From NCBI GenBank assembly GCA_051530055.1, contig CM121343.1, forward strand, positions 342,389 to 406,388: 64,000 nt of DNA. Direction: 5' to 3'. The first letter of the stretch is position 1, and each line of letters starts with the position of its first letter. This document shows, piece by piece, positions 26,214 through 38,498 of the stretch. The translations under genes were made by a program, and so were the position numbers. The stretch is from Neoechinorhynchus agilis (taxonomy: Eukaryota; Animalia; Acanthocephala). The notes beneath the pieces are model-generated. The model made no database searches, was not told where the DNA came from, and saw only the letters and a list, made by a program, of their open reading frames with translations.

Positions 26214-27353
26214 ATGGAGAACTATAAAAGTGAACTTTCTTTAAAACTCGATGACCTACGTCCTATTCTTGAATTTTCCGATTTTTTGACCCCTAAAGCT
26301 CGCCATCACGCTGACTCACAAATAATTTATACTTACTGTTCATCTGTGACTCACAGAATGCCTGAAATTTGGTTAGTCGATGGAGATAAGATCGTCGCCA
26401 CAGGTGTTCATAGACCGTTCGATGGTGTAGAAGTTGCTGAGATTGATAATCTGCTTGTAGTGAACCCTTGGTTGATTATAGCTGATTATACGATTAGTCC
26501 TTCTTTAAATACGCGATTCCCAAAGGCCGTCGAGTTTATTTTGGCCTATGACGATGATGCGTCTCTTTTTCGTTTATATGAGAAAGTTATTAATTTAAGA
26601 TGTTCTGTGACCGAAAGTTCGCAGACCGAATGTGACTTGGAGCAACGAAAAACCTTATTCTTGGAAATGAAAGCCATACATTGCCATATTCTACGAAATG
26701 CTTCAAAATTTATTTGCTTTAGCGATAAAAGTATACGCGCAGACCGATTGATGGAATTCGAGCAAACATTAAGAACTCGGATCTTGGAATATTTAGTATC
26801 CCAGACAGTTTCGGATCTCGTGGCAGCAAGTCTGTGTTTACAAACGGAATCGGTTATCGAGCCTTTGGCTGTCGAAGTTACAACTCAAGACAAAGATATT
26901 CAAGTGGGAACAAGAAATGATGTCACGCCATCGACCGCCGTTATTGCCAAATTGATTTGTTCCGCCCAAATCACAAAACCAAACTCAGAACTTGCTAATT
27001 TTTATAAAATCGAATATGGTCCACAAACCAGTCGTCAACTTGAATACGCTAATTCAAGCAGGCGAAGAATAACGATTTTTTCTCCCGGTGGACCGGATAG
27101 TCACTATTTTCGATCGCTGGACGAAGATGAAGATTCACCAGTAATACGCACTTCGTTGAACCTATATTCAAAAAGTCAAAGACTCCGTATGATGAGTCAG
27201 GTTGCAAACAAGTTACATGTTGAAATGCTTTATCCCGACTCCGGTAACGATGCCGGAAACTCTTCGGCGGTGAACCAACTGTCCCGAAAATCGAGTGAAA
27301 ACCTTAATAACAATTTTTTAGACATGTTTCCTCCAACGAAGAAATCGATTTAA
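26214..27353 (+). CDS. 379-aa intronless protein of unrecognised family
   Basis: Long ATG-initiated ORF in AT-rich DNA with protein-like composition. No domain recognised. Confidence 0.65.
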   Translation: MENYKSELSLKLDDLRPILEFSDFLTPKARHHADSQIIYTYCSSVTHRMPEIWLVDGDKIVATGVHRPFDGVEVAEIDNLLVVNPWLIIADYTISPSLNTRFPKAVEFILAYDDDASLFRLYEKVINLRCSVTESSQTECDLEQRKTLFLEMKAIHCHILRNASKFICFSDKSIRADRLMEFEQTLRTRILEYLVSQTVSDLVAASLCLQTESVIEPLAVEVTTQDKDIQVGTRNDVTPSTAVIAKLICSAQITKPNSELANFYKIEYGPQTSRQLEYANSSRRRITIFSPGGPDSHYFRSLDEDEDSPVIRTSLNLYSKSQRLRMMSQVANKLHVEMLYPDSGNDAGNSSAVNQLSRKSSENLNNNFLDMFPPTKKSI

Positions 27354-27616
27354 TTTTTTTATATTCGTATGATATTGGTGTTTTATAAAAGAACCGCCTT
27401 TAAACCCGGCGGTCTCTTGTGTAACACACAGAGAGAAATGAACCTTTTGATTATTTGCATTATTAAATATTCATGTACAATCGAAGGTAACTATTGCCTG
27501 AAGATTTTATAAATTACGATTTCATCCACTCTTCTTCAACAAGTCATCTTTTCTTAGAATTTTTTTTGTCGTTTTATTCCTTTTCGACGACGGCGCCATT
27601 CTATGTTCTACCATTT

Positions 27617-27755
27617 TTTCAGTTTCAATTAGCGATGTTTGATTCAGAAATATATATTTATATGGAAAATTTTCGGCCTGCAAGTTGTTTGAAAAAGCCG
27701 AAAATTTTAAAGATAAATTTATTTCTGAATCAAACATCGGTAATTGAAACTGAAA
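27617..27755. mobile_element. ~139-bp MITE-like or foldback hairpin
   Basis: Outer arm TTTCAGTTTCAATTA(G/C)CGATGTTTGATTCAGAAATA... (~40 bp, near-perfect) plus inner perfect AAAATTTTCGGC/GCCGAAAATTTT. No target-site duplication seen. Confidence 0.7.
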
Positions 27756-28794
27756 CTATAATGAATAATTTCTTTACAATCAATTTTTTGTCTGTAGTAA
27801 ACGTGTACAATAAGTGTTTAGCATTTAAATTTCGATTTTTACTAAAATATTGACAACCTTGGGACTGAAATTCTTATTGGAAATCGATTTTTCTGACGAA
27901 TAAATTCGATAAAGTTCAAAATACTTTTTGATGCGACGAGGTTATTTTGTTCGAAATATTTTTTAAATAAATCTGGGGACTATTTTCAAAAAAAGTATAC
28001 TTTGATTATCCCAAAGGATTTTTTCTGTCGATGAATAAATTTGTAAACCTAAGTAAAGAAAACTGTTTTCTTATTGAATATTTAATTTCTTAGTGCTTAG
28101 CGCTATTGCATTTAACGATTGAGACAAAAATTAAAATTTGAGGCTTTTATGTTCTAACGAATGTTTGTAGGCAAATTTTTAGGTATTTCGAAGTTGATTG
28201 CGACACAAATATTGGAGCTTAGAACGTTTCAAGATAAATCCTAAGGAATCTCTCGAAAGATTAAAGTCCATTTCCCACTTTAAAAAAACGGTACGTTTCT
28301 TCAATATCAAAAAGATCCGGATAAGTTAAATTTTTTATAATCGGGTACGATGCAGATATTCTTGATTGTGGGCAATGTAATTGTTCCGCATTCTGAATTA
28401 GAAGGTTGCATTAACTTAATGTATTCAAAATATTGAAGTATTTGACCAATTAAAATAATGCAGTGAACGCGCTGCTCATATTTGTTCATCTAAAAACAAA
28501 TTCACAACTTGGGCTGATTACTACTAAGTAACGCTGATCGACGGTAGTAAACATTTCTTTATATATTTTCCATGGAACGTTGTTCGAAAGTTTTGTAATC
28601 TCTAAATGATTTTCCGACTTTATAACAGAATTTTTTAAATTTATAGGTGTGGATATTTCACGATTACCGAATAAATTTCCAGTTTAGGCTAAGAAATTTT
28701 TTTGTAAATTTAAGATCAAATGAAAAAACCAAAAGTTAGTTTACGAACGCGTCTTCGAATCTGTTGTTTTCTATTTGGTTACTTTTCTTTACAT

Positions 28795-29150
28795 TCACCA
28801 CCTCCCGCAGAATTCCAGCTTTTGTCCTTCCTCGACCGTCGCCATCACGCTGGCAGCATTGCCCCGTTGTACTGCCAGCGAGATATTTTGTCGAAGAAAT
28901 AAGCCTGCTCTTGAGTCTCCGGTTGCCTCTCTCAATTTCTTCGAGAGATCCTTGAGCAGAGAGAGTGCCGAGCTGCCGAGCGCTCCATACGTCTCTACCC
29001 CAAAGGGGACAAAATAGTGAGCCCTCGATAAGTGAAGATATTTCCGTATTTTGCTCCCTTCCGCTGCACTGGCGGCACCACCGGCGATTTCGAGGGAGTA
29101 GGGGATGTTGCTAGCTGCGAGGGTGTCCACACACGTGTAGAGGCATACAT
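28795..29150 (-). mobile_element. 5'-truncated 3' end of a CRE-clade retrotransposon (RLE endonuclease region)
   Basis: YTCVDTLAAS...AEGSKIRKY...FVPFGVETYGALG...FLRQNISLAVQRGNAASV. Confidence 0.85.
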
Positions 29151-29566
29151 AATTTATAGTTTCATCAACGCTCCCATTCATCGGCGCTGGCCAAAATGCT
29201 AGCCGCAATGCTTATTTTTTGCGCCAAGAACGACGTCGATCTTGGCTCTCCAGTCGCTGCGTTGATTCGTAAGAAATTAAAATGGAATCATTTAAATTTT
29301 TTAATCATATCGAGAGGAAATCCATATCGGGATGGTAAATTTTGATTTGTGGTGTAGGTTTCGAAAAAGGAAACCTCGCCTTATCAATCATTGCTTGTAA
29401 GTTTTATCAACTGTGAAGTGCTTTTAAAATATTTTCTAAGAATAATATTTTTCTACGCCATAAGGTTTCTGATGGACCGAAATATTTAATAAAATTCCTT
29501 AAATTTTTACGCGACCCGCTCAAACATGTTAAAGTTTTCCCACATTTCGCAAAGATTTTCTTTATT

Positions 29567-30967
29567 TCAACGTTGGTTTAAATTACTCGTCGAGAGACCT
29601 GTAACGACGTATCCTTTAGCACTACAGGTCATGTCCCCACTGTCGATCAAAGCGGGCCATATATATTCAGAGATCAAATCACTTGTATCATTGGCCGAAG
29701 TGTGGAACCTTTCGTGTACACGCTGATCAAACTCCCTCACTCGAAATTCAATCAAAAAAGGCGGAGTCTGATTAACCAAGCCCCAGGCCGTCCGACAACA
29801 CTGATTAATAAAGTCCAAAAATTGCCGGCATCCCTTTAAAAATGCAATATGTTCTTGCAAAGTCGTCCAAATTTGGAATTCAACACTCTTAATGACTTTT
29901 TTGAAAGTGGAGCTCGCCAATGGCTCTCTTACCTGGACCACCGGCGAAATATCGAAAGTGTCAACCGTTTTTCGAATATACGCGTCAATGGACTCTACGA
30001 TTTCCTCCTCAGCAGTTGGAGTGAGGCAACTAAACCTCTTTTGGGAATCTTCCAAATGTTCACTCCTTGAACCAATTGAATTGTAATCGATTTGAAGCAG
30101 TCTACTTAATTTGGATTTTAACTCTGTCACGTGGGCATGCGCAGAACGGAACGCTAACTAAATATAGGGACTATGCGCTCAAAAATAGTTAAATCTACAA
30201 TAAATACTTACAACTATTATCGAAAAAATGAGTTTTGACTTTAGCTGATCAGAATTTAAAACATCGTTATCGCACACACTTAATGCATCGAGAACTTCTA
30301 CACGTTGCTGACTATACAAGGTTTTGAAGGCTTCAACAAGATCAGAAGATCGGCATCTACAGCTAATATCCTCGAATTTTCCACCTTTTTGAACTTTTCT
30401 TTTTAAATGCTTCGCTAATCTGAGACGAGAGAGGAGAATTAATACAATTCCAGTTGGTTTAAGAACCATCTACAGTGCCTGGTGGGTACAATCGTTTCTA
30501 AAAAAGTAATGCAGACAAAAGTCGACACTCAAAAAACTAATGTTTTGAATTTTTAAGCAGCATTGTTATTCAAATAAATGCTAACTTGACTAATAGGCGT
30601 CAAAGAACTTAGGAAAGCCATAAGAACCGAATAAGTACTTAAGAACCGTCGATTCGATTATCTACTGATTCTCTTTTCATAGTGACATAAAAGAACTGCT
30701 GATTATATCGACCGAAGATAAAGAAATCAAAAGCTTAGCATGCACGCCGAGTTTTGGGTGCTTACCTCAAATGAAGATGCTGCTCCTTACCGACGCTTGC
30801 AGCCGTATTCAAAGCTAATCTTAATTCCTCTCTTAATCTTTGATTCTCTTGGTATAGCTTATTAACTTCATTATCCCTTTTTGAAAAATGTGAAGAATTT
30901 ATCCTCGAAGAATTCGCAGATCTTGGAAATCGATAACTTTGTCTATCCTGAGATTTACGTTCATCGC
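29567..30967 (-). CDS. MIEAP/SPATA18 (mitochondria-eating protein)-like gene, 3' exons 30967-30766, 30419-30212 and 30157-29567; 5' exon(s) not located
   Basis: Coiled coil ENQRLREEL; LYSQQRVEVLDAL...LKSKLIFSIIV|LAFRS; CCRTAWGLVNQTPP...HERFHTS...YIWPAL...KGYVVT. GT-AG introns are phase-consistent (346 nt and 54 nt). Confidence 0.8.
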
Positions 30968-31654
30968 CTGAAATTTTCGATACTCGGAGTTAATACAAAA
31001 TCTCATGATTATTTCATTGGAAAATAAGTTGGGACGTCATGCCAAATCGCCCACAAATAAACCGTAATCTAGTGTTCAAGAACCTTAAAAATCCCCTAAG
31101 AACGAACTTTAAAATTCGCCTCACCAATAATTAGAAGCTGTAAAAAATATAAATCCGCAAGATAAATACAAATAACTAAAAAGAATTTATGCACCTTTGA
31201 AACAGAGTAAATACAAAATTTGAAATAAGCGACAAATAGTAATCAACTTTCAAGGATCTTAGAAGTCCGTTTAACGCTCACAAGAGAAATAAAAATGATA
31301 AATACAAAGCACACAAAACAAAAAAACATTCACGAACATTCGGAACATAATTACAGTTGTTTTGTTAAATTAACTAATACCAGGCAGCCGAGCCAAAAAA
31401 GATTAATAAACGTTTCGTTAAAAAAACCGTTCAATTTTTATAAAATTGAAATTACCTTGATCTGCTCAAAAGATAATTCATTGTTATTTGTCGATAGGAG
31501 AAAATAAATGAAATTAAGATTTTATGGGATATTTCGATCCACTATCTCCGAACTTCTTCAGCGATTGTTTCGCAAGTTTGTTTCATTTATTTTCTCCTAT
31601 CGACAAATTACGTTGATCAATAAAAATCCCATAGACACTGGATTATGAAATCAA

Positions 31655-34600
31655 CTTCACTAATACAAAGCATCAGAGCTAAAAAGCATCCACGAACGTT
31701 TCTTACATAAAAAACGTTCAATTTGATCAAAAATGGGAAATTAGTCATAAGTTCATTATATTGAACTCTAAAAATCGCCCGGATGCTGAATCTTTGAATC
31801 AACCCCGCTAATACCAGGTACCGAGCTAAAAAGCATCCACGATCGTTTCTTGCATCAAAAACGTTCAATTTGATTAAAATGGGAAATTAGTACTTAAGTT
31901 CATTATATTGAACTCTAAAATCGCCCGATGTGAATCTTGAATCAACCCCGCAAATACCAGACCGAGCTAAAAAACATCCACGATCGTTTCTTGCATCAAA
32001 AACGTTCAATTTGATTAAAATGGGAAATTAGTCATAAGTTCATTATATTAAACTAAAAAATCACACGGATGCTGAATCTTGAATCAAACTCCCGCTAATA
32101 CCAGGTACCGAGCTAAAAAGCATCCACGATCGTTTCTTGCATCAAAAACGTTCAATTTGATTAAAATGGGAAATTAGTCATAAGTTCATTATATTGAACT
32201 CTAAAAATCGCCCGGATGCTAAATCTTTGAATCGACCCCGCTAATACCAGGTACCGAGCTAAAAAGCATCCACGATCGTTTCTTGCATCAAAAACGTTCA
32301 ATTTGATTAAAATGGGAAATTAGTCATAAGTTCATTATATTGAACTCTAAAAATCGCCCGGATGCTGAATCTTTGAATCAACCCCGCTAATACCAGGTAC
32401 CGAGCTAAAAAGCATCCACGAACGTTTCTTGCATAAAAACGTTCAATTTGATTAAAATGGGAAATTAGTCATAAGTTCATTATATTGAACTCTAAAAATC
32501 GTCTGGATGCTGAATCTTTGAATCAACCCCGTTAATACCAGGTACCGAGCTAAAAAGCATCTACGAACGTTTCTTGCATCAAAAACGTTCAATTCGATTA
32601 AAATGGGAAATTAGTCATAAGTTCATTATATTGAACTCTAAAAATCGCCTGTGGATGTTGAATCTTGAATCAACCCTGACAATTGGTACGAGCTAAAAGC
32701 ATCCACGATCGTTTGACTAAAACGTTCAATTTGATTAAAATGGGAAATTAGTATTTAGGTTCATTATGGTTGAACTCCTAAAAATCGCATGGATGCCGAA
32801 TCTTTGATTTGAATCAAGCCCGCTAATACCATGCATCTTCGAGCTAAAAAGCATCCACGATCGTTTCTTGCATCAAAAACGTTCAATTTGATTAAAATGA
32901 AATTATATCTAAGTTCATTATATTGAACTCAAAAAAATCGCATGGATGCTGAATCTTGAATCAACCCCAATACCAGGTACCGAGCTAAAAAGTATCCACG
33001 ATCGTTTCTTGAATTTCAAAACACCAATTGATTGCAATAAAAATGGAAATTTAAAATTTAAGTTCATTATATTGAACTTAAATCGCCCGGATGCTGAAAT
33101 CTTGAATCAACCCCGCTAATACCAGGTACTGATAAAAGCATCCACGATCGTTTCTTGCATCAAAAACGTTCAATTCGATTAAAATGGGAAATTAGTCATA
33201 AGATCATTATATTGAACTCTAAAAATCGCCTGGATGCTGAATATTTGAATCAACCCCGCTAATACCAGGTACCGAGCTAAAAAGCATCCACGATCGTTTC
33301 TTACATCAAAAACGTTCAATTTGATTAAAATGGGAAATTAGTCATAAGATCATTATATTGAACTCTAAAATCGCCCGGATGCTGAATCTTTTGAATCAAC
33401 CCCGCTAATACCAGGTACCGAGCTAAAAAGCATCCACGATCGTTTTCTGTACTAAAACGTTCAATTTGATTAAAATGGGAAATTAGTACTTGTTCATTGT
33501 ATTGAACTGGGAAATCGCTCCGGATGCTGAATCTTTTGAATCAAACTCGCTAATACCAGGTACCGAGCTAAAGCATCCACGATCGCTTTCGTAATCAAAA
33601 ACGTTCAATTTGATTAAAGCTGGAAATTAGTACTTAAGTTCATTATATTGAACTCTAAAAATCGCTTGGATGCTGAATTTTTGAATCAAGGCCGCAAATA
33701 CCAGGTACCGAGCTAAAAAGCATCTACGAACGTTTCTTACATCAAAAACGTTCAATTCGATTAAAATGGGAAATTAGTCATAAGTTCATTATATTGAACT
33801 CTAAAAATCGCCCGGATGCTGAATCTTTGAATCAACCCCGCTAATACCAGGTACCGAGCTAAAAAGCATCCACGATCGTTTCTTGCATCAAAAACGTTCA
33901 ATTTTATTAAAATGGGAAATTAGTCATAAGTTCATTATATTGAACTCTAAAAAATCGTCTGATGTTGAATCTTTGAATCAACTCCTATTAATACCAGGTA
34001 CCGAGCTAAAAAGCATCTACGATCGTTTCTGCATCGTAAAAACGTTCAATTCGATTAAAATGGGAAATTAGTCATAAGTTCATTATATTGAACTCTAAAA
34101 TCGTCTGGATGCTGAATCTTTGAATCAACCCCGCTAATACCAAGTACCGAGCTAAAAAGCATCCACGATCGTTTCTTGCATCAAAAACGTTCAATTTGAT
34201 TAAAATGGGAAATAAGTCATAAGTTCATTATATTGAACTCTAAAAATCGCTTGGATGCTGAATTTTTGAATCAAGGCCGCAAATACCAGGTACCGAGCTA
34301 AAAAGCATCTACGAACGTTTCTTACATCAAAAACGTTCAATTCGATTAAAATGGGAAATTAGTCATAAGTTCATTATATTGAACTCTAAAAATCGCCCGG
34401 ATGCTGAATCTTTGAATCAACCCCGCAAATACCAGGTACCGAGCTAAAAAGCATCCACGATCGTTTCTTGCATCAAAAACGTTCAATTTTATTAAAATGG
34501 GAAATTAGTCATAAGTTCATTATATTGAACTCTAAAAATCGTCTGGATGCTGAATCTTTGAATCAACCCCGCTAATACCAGGTACCGAGCTAAAAAGCAT

Positions 34601-35992
34601 CCACGATCGTTTCTTGCATCAAAAACGTTCAATTTTATTAAAATGGGAAATTAGTCATACAAGTTCATTATATTGAACTCTAAAAATCGCCTGGATGCTG
34701 AATTTTTGAATCAACCCCGCTAATACCAGGTACCGAGCTAAAAAGCATCTACGAACGTATCTTACATCAAAAACGTTCAATTCGATTAAAATGGGAAATT
34801 AGTCAAAAGTTCATTATATCGAACTCTAAAAATCGCCTGGATGCTGAATTTTTGAATCAACCCCGCTAATACCAATTACCAAGCTAAAAAGCATCTACGA
34901 ACGTTTCTTACATCAAAAACGTTCAATTTGATTAAAATGGGAAATTAGTCATAAGTTCATTATATTGAACTCTAAAAATCGCATGGATGCTGAATCTTTG
35001 AATCAACCCCGCTAATACTAGGTACCGAGCTAAAAAGAATCCACGATCGTTTCTTACATCAAAAACGTTCAATTTGATTAAAATGGGAAATTAGTCAAAA
35101 GTTCATTATATTGAACTCTAAAAATCGCCTGGATGCTGAATTTTTGAATCAACCCCGCTAATACCAGGTACCGAGCTAAAAAGCATCTACGAACGTTTCT
35201 TGCATCAAAAACGTTCAATTCGATTAAAATGGGAAATAAGTCATAAGTTCATTATATTGAACTCTAAAAATCGCCCGGATGCTGAATCTTTGAACCAACC
35301 CCGCTAATACCAGGTACCGAGCTAAAAAGCATCCACGATCGTTTCTTGCATCAAAAACCGTTCATTTTGATTAAAATGGGAAATTAGTCATAAGTTCATT
35401 ATATTTAACTCTTAAAAATCGTATGATGCTGAATCTTTGAATCAACTTCGCAAATACTAGGTACCGAGCTTAAAAAGCATCCACGATCGTTTCTTGCATC
35501 AAAAACGTTCAATTTTATTAAAATGGGAAATTAGTCATAAGTTCATTATATTGAACTCTAAAAATCGCCCGGATGCTGAATCTTTGAATCAACCCCGCTA
35601 ATACCAGGTACCGAGCTAAAAAGCATCCACGATCGTTTCTTGCATCAAAAACGTTCAATTTGATTAAAATGGGAAATTAGTCATAAGTTCATTATATTGA
35701 ACTCTAAAAATCGCCCCGATGCTGAATCTTTGAATCAATCCCGCCAATACCAGGTACCGAGCTAAAAGCATCCACGAACGTTTCTTACATCAAAAACGTT
35801 CAATTCGATTAAAATGGGAAATTAGTCATAAGTTCATTATATTGAACTCTAAAAATCGCCTTTATGCTGAATTTTTGAATCAACCGCGCTAATTCCAGTT
35901 ACCGAGCTAAAAAGCATCTACGAACGTTTCTTACATCAAAAACGTTCAATTTGATTAAAATAGGAAATTAGTCATAAGTTCATTATATTGAA
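31655..35992. repeat. Satellite 2: 146-bp monomer, ~30 copies
   Basis: taccaggtaccgagctaaaaagcatcc... with period 32251->32397. One KpnI site per intact unit and an internal AGTTCA-ttatat-TGAACT dyad. Confidence 0.97.
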
Positions 35993-37759
35993 TTATTTAA
36001 CGTTGATTTTTAAAGCACCAGTTTAAAAGTGCACTTTAGCAGTTATCTAGGAAATTTGTGACCAGGGAAGTGTAACTCCGGGCTTAAAGGTTTGAAAATT
36101 AATTTTAACCTGTCTTTTGAAATGTACCGAATTTAAAAAGGGTTTATCGGTATTTCGATGCATTGATATAAGAAGTTGTTTCTGTGCAGAAAAAAATCGG
36201 CATCGATTAAGCAGTTATACAGGTTTGTTAAATTAAGAAAATGCATGTAAAGAAACATTTGAATTTCCCATGATTTTTGCAAAATAAATATTTTATTTGG
36301 TTAAATTTCGAAAATAGGTCGTAAATATTATAAATGTCATGAAATGGTAAACACTTGTGCTTTGATTGATTTATATCCGATTGTCACTAGAAAGCACTTT
36401 TATAATTGTTTACTAAAAAGAAAGTTGACGAAAAAAAAGAAGACAAATTAGTTCGGGACATTTGCGTTTCAAATTAACCTTTATCGCCATTTTTAATATT
36501 TTTGTGGAGCATCGTTTTTGTGCAAGGCGGTCTTTACATTCTCCCCCATATTTATCTCTTTTTGACAACACTCTACACCCAGCGGCACTGATAATATGAA
36601 CACACTTTGACAGTAGTTTCCATCACTTGCTAACCTCGCAGTTATGCTCGATAATCGTAAGATCTCATCATGCCACCCGAGAATTTTATTCATGTCCCCA
36701 TTGGACAAGAAGCAACTTATTAAAAATTATTTTCCGTAAAATTTTATTTAAATTAGTCACGAAAGCAAACCTTTTCCATGTTGACCGAGTTGCTTATTAT
36801 GTATTCGAAACAACATATTGCAAATTTGGATATTATATCACGGATTCTAATGTAAAAACAATATCTTTACAGCTCCGTGTAACAGAGCTCGAGTAGTATA
36901 AGACGGATTTTAATAAGTGAAGATGTAAATATAACATTCCACTCCTTCATTAAGACAGTTTCTAATTAGAACAACGCAAATGGAGTGATTAACTGCTGCA
37001 TACGGAATTCAGATAACCTTTTTTTGTGAAACATCGATTCGAATCATTACTTTCTTTTAAACGTTGCCTTATGAGTGCAATGGATTCACAACAGCGGAAA
37101 AAATGCGTGCTAGCAAAAGTTTACTTTCTTCTCAGCTTTTAGATTATGTGATTACACAAGGAAACATAATGTGCTGCCCAATTTTAGAAAACTAATTTCC
37201 ATACCAAGACAAAGTTAATTAAAAAATTTGAGTTATGCTTAAAATGTACTTACCACTTATTTGGAGCATAGAATTTAATACACACCAAATATCTCGTTTT
37301 TATCAGCTCTGTAAACCAGCCGAAAAACTGTTAGAAACTTTAACTTTTCAATAGTTTCGAATCTCGGAATTTTGTGACTAATACATTAAATACTTCTTTG
37401 CATGCGAAAACAATCCCAAACAAAAGATAGGCGGAAGGAGTTCAGGTAAATGACATTTGGGGGAGATGGTATGCGCAAACATGTCTTGCCGCTGCAATAA
37501 CGCTGTCGTTGGGGGCCTATTATAGATGAAAAGAAATCACTAAGATAATAGTTTGTCTTGAAACCAATCTGAAATTAGGAGAGTCGACAGAAAAACTAAC
37601 TGATCGGCGGCCGTATATGAAAAACTAAATGAACTACTTTATAGACGATGTTTTCGTAAATACGCACTATCATAATGGATTTTTGCAAATCTATGAGACC
37701 GATGGTGAGCTAATGGATAATTTTATATTGATTGCTTCGAATGAAAACGCAAAATGGTT

Positions 37760-38498
37760 AAGGTGGAAACAAACACACAAAAACATCCTTATATTAAAAG
37801 TTTAAATCGAATGAACAACTCTAAATCTAAACTGCAGTTCAGTTATTTAAATAAACATATTTTAAACTTTAATTTTCAAATTTAAAGGCTTCCGTTAATG
37901 ATAGCAAATAATTGACACAATCAAACGACGAAGTGTTCAAAAATATCATTGCAGGAAATTCTAACTTGTAATCGACTGCTCATTTTCTTAACTATTAAAT
38001 GGAATTACAGTATTGTTTATTCGAATAAAAAAATATTTGAATTAAAATAAACTTTTTAGCCATAAACACACTCAATAGTACTTATTGTATATTGATGAAT
38101 ATCTAAAAAAATTAAATAGATCAACAAAAATGTCAAAGGCGTATTTTACGTGAATTTATACTTTATTGCTAAGTTCTCATTGAATCGAAATCTCGCCTAA
38201 AATCGTTAGGGTGGAAACATACCACAAAAAAACATTTTTATATTAAATATTTAAATGGAATGAACAAGTCCAAATCTAAACTGTGGTTCAGTTATTTTAA
38301 TAAACATATTTTAAACTTTAATTTTCAAATTTAAATGCTTCCGTTAATGATAGCAAATAATTGACACAATCAAACGACGAAGTGTTCAAAAATGTCATTG
38401 CAGGAAATTCTAACTTGTAATCGACTGCTCATTTTCTTAACTATTAAATGGAATTACAGTATTGTTTATTCGAATAAAAAAATATTTGAAAATTAAAA
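37760..38498. repeat. ~290-bp direct duplication (37760-38050 and 38208-38498)
   Basis: Shared gtggaaaca...aaaaaaatatttga block. The 3' half is nearly identical. Confidence 0.85.

Noticed and set aside
27389-27420. GC-stem hairpin after the orphan ORF resembling an intrinsic terminator
   Set aside because: The context is eukaryotic, the stem is short and there is no U-tract.
31617-34071. Small ORFs in satellites 2 and 3 (also 52918-53100 and 53952-54236)
   Set aside because: They are repeat-derived chance frames.
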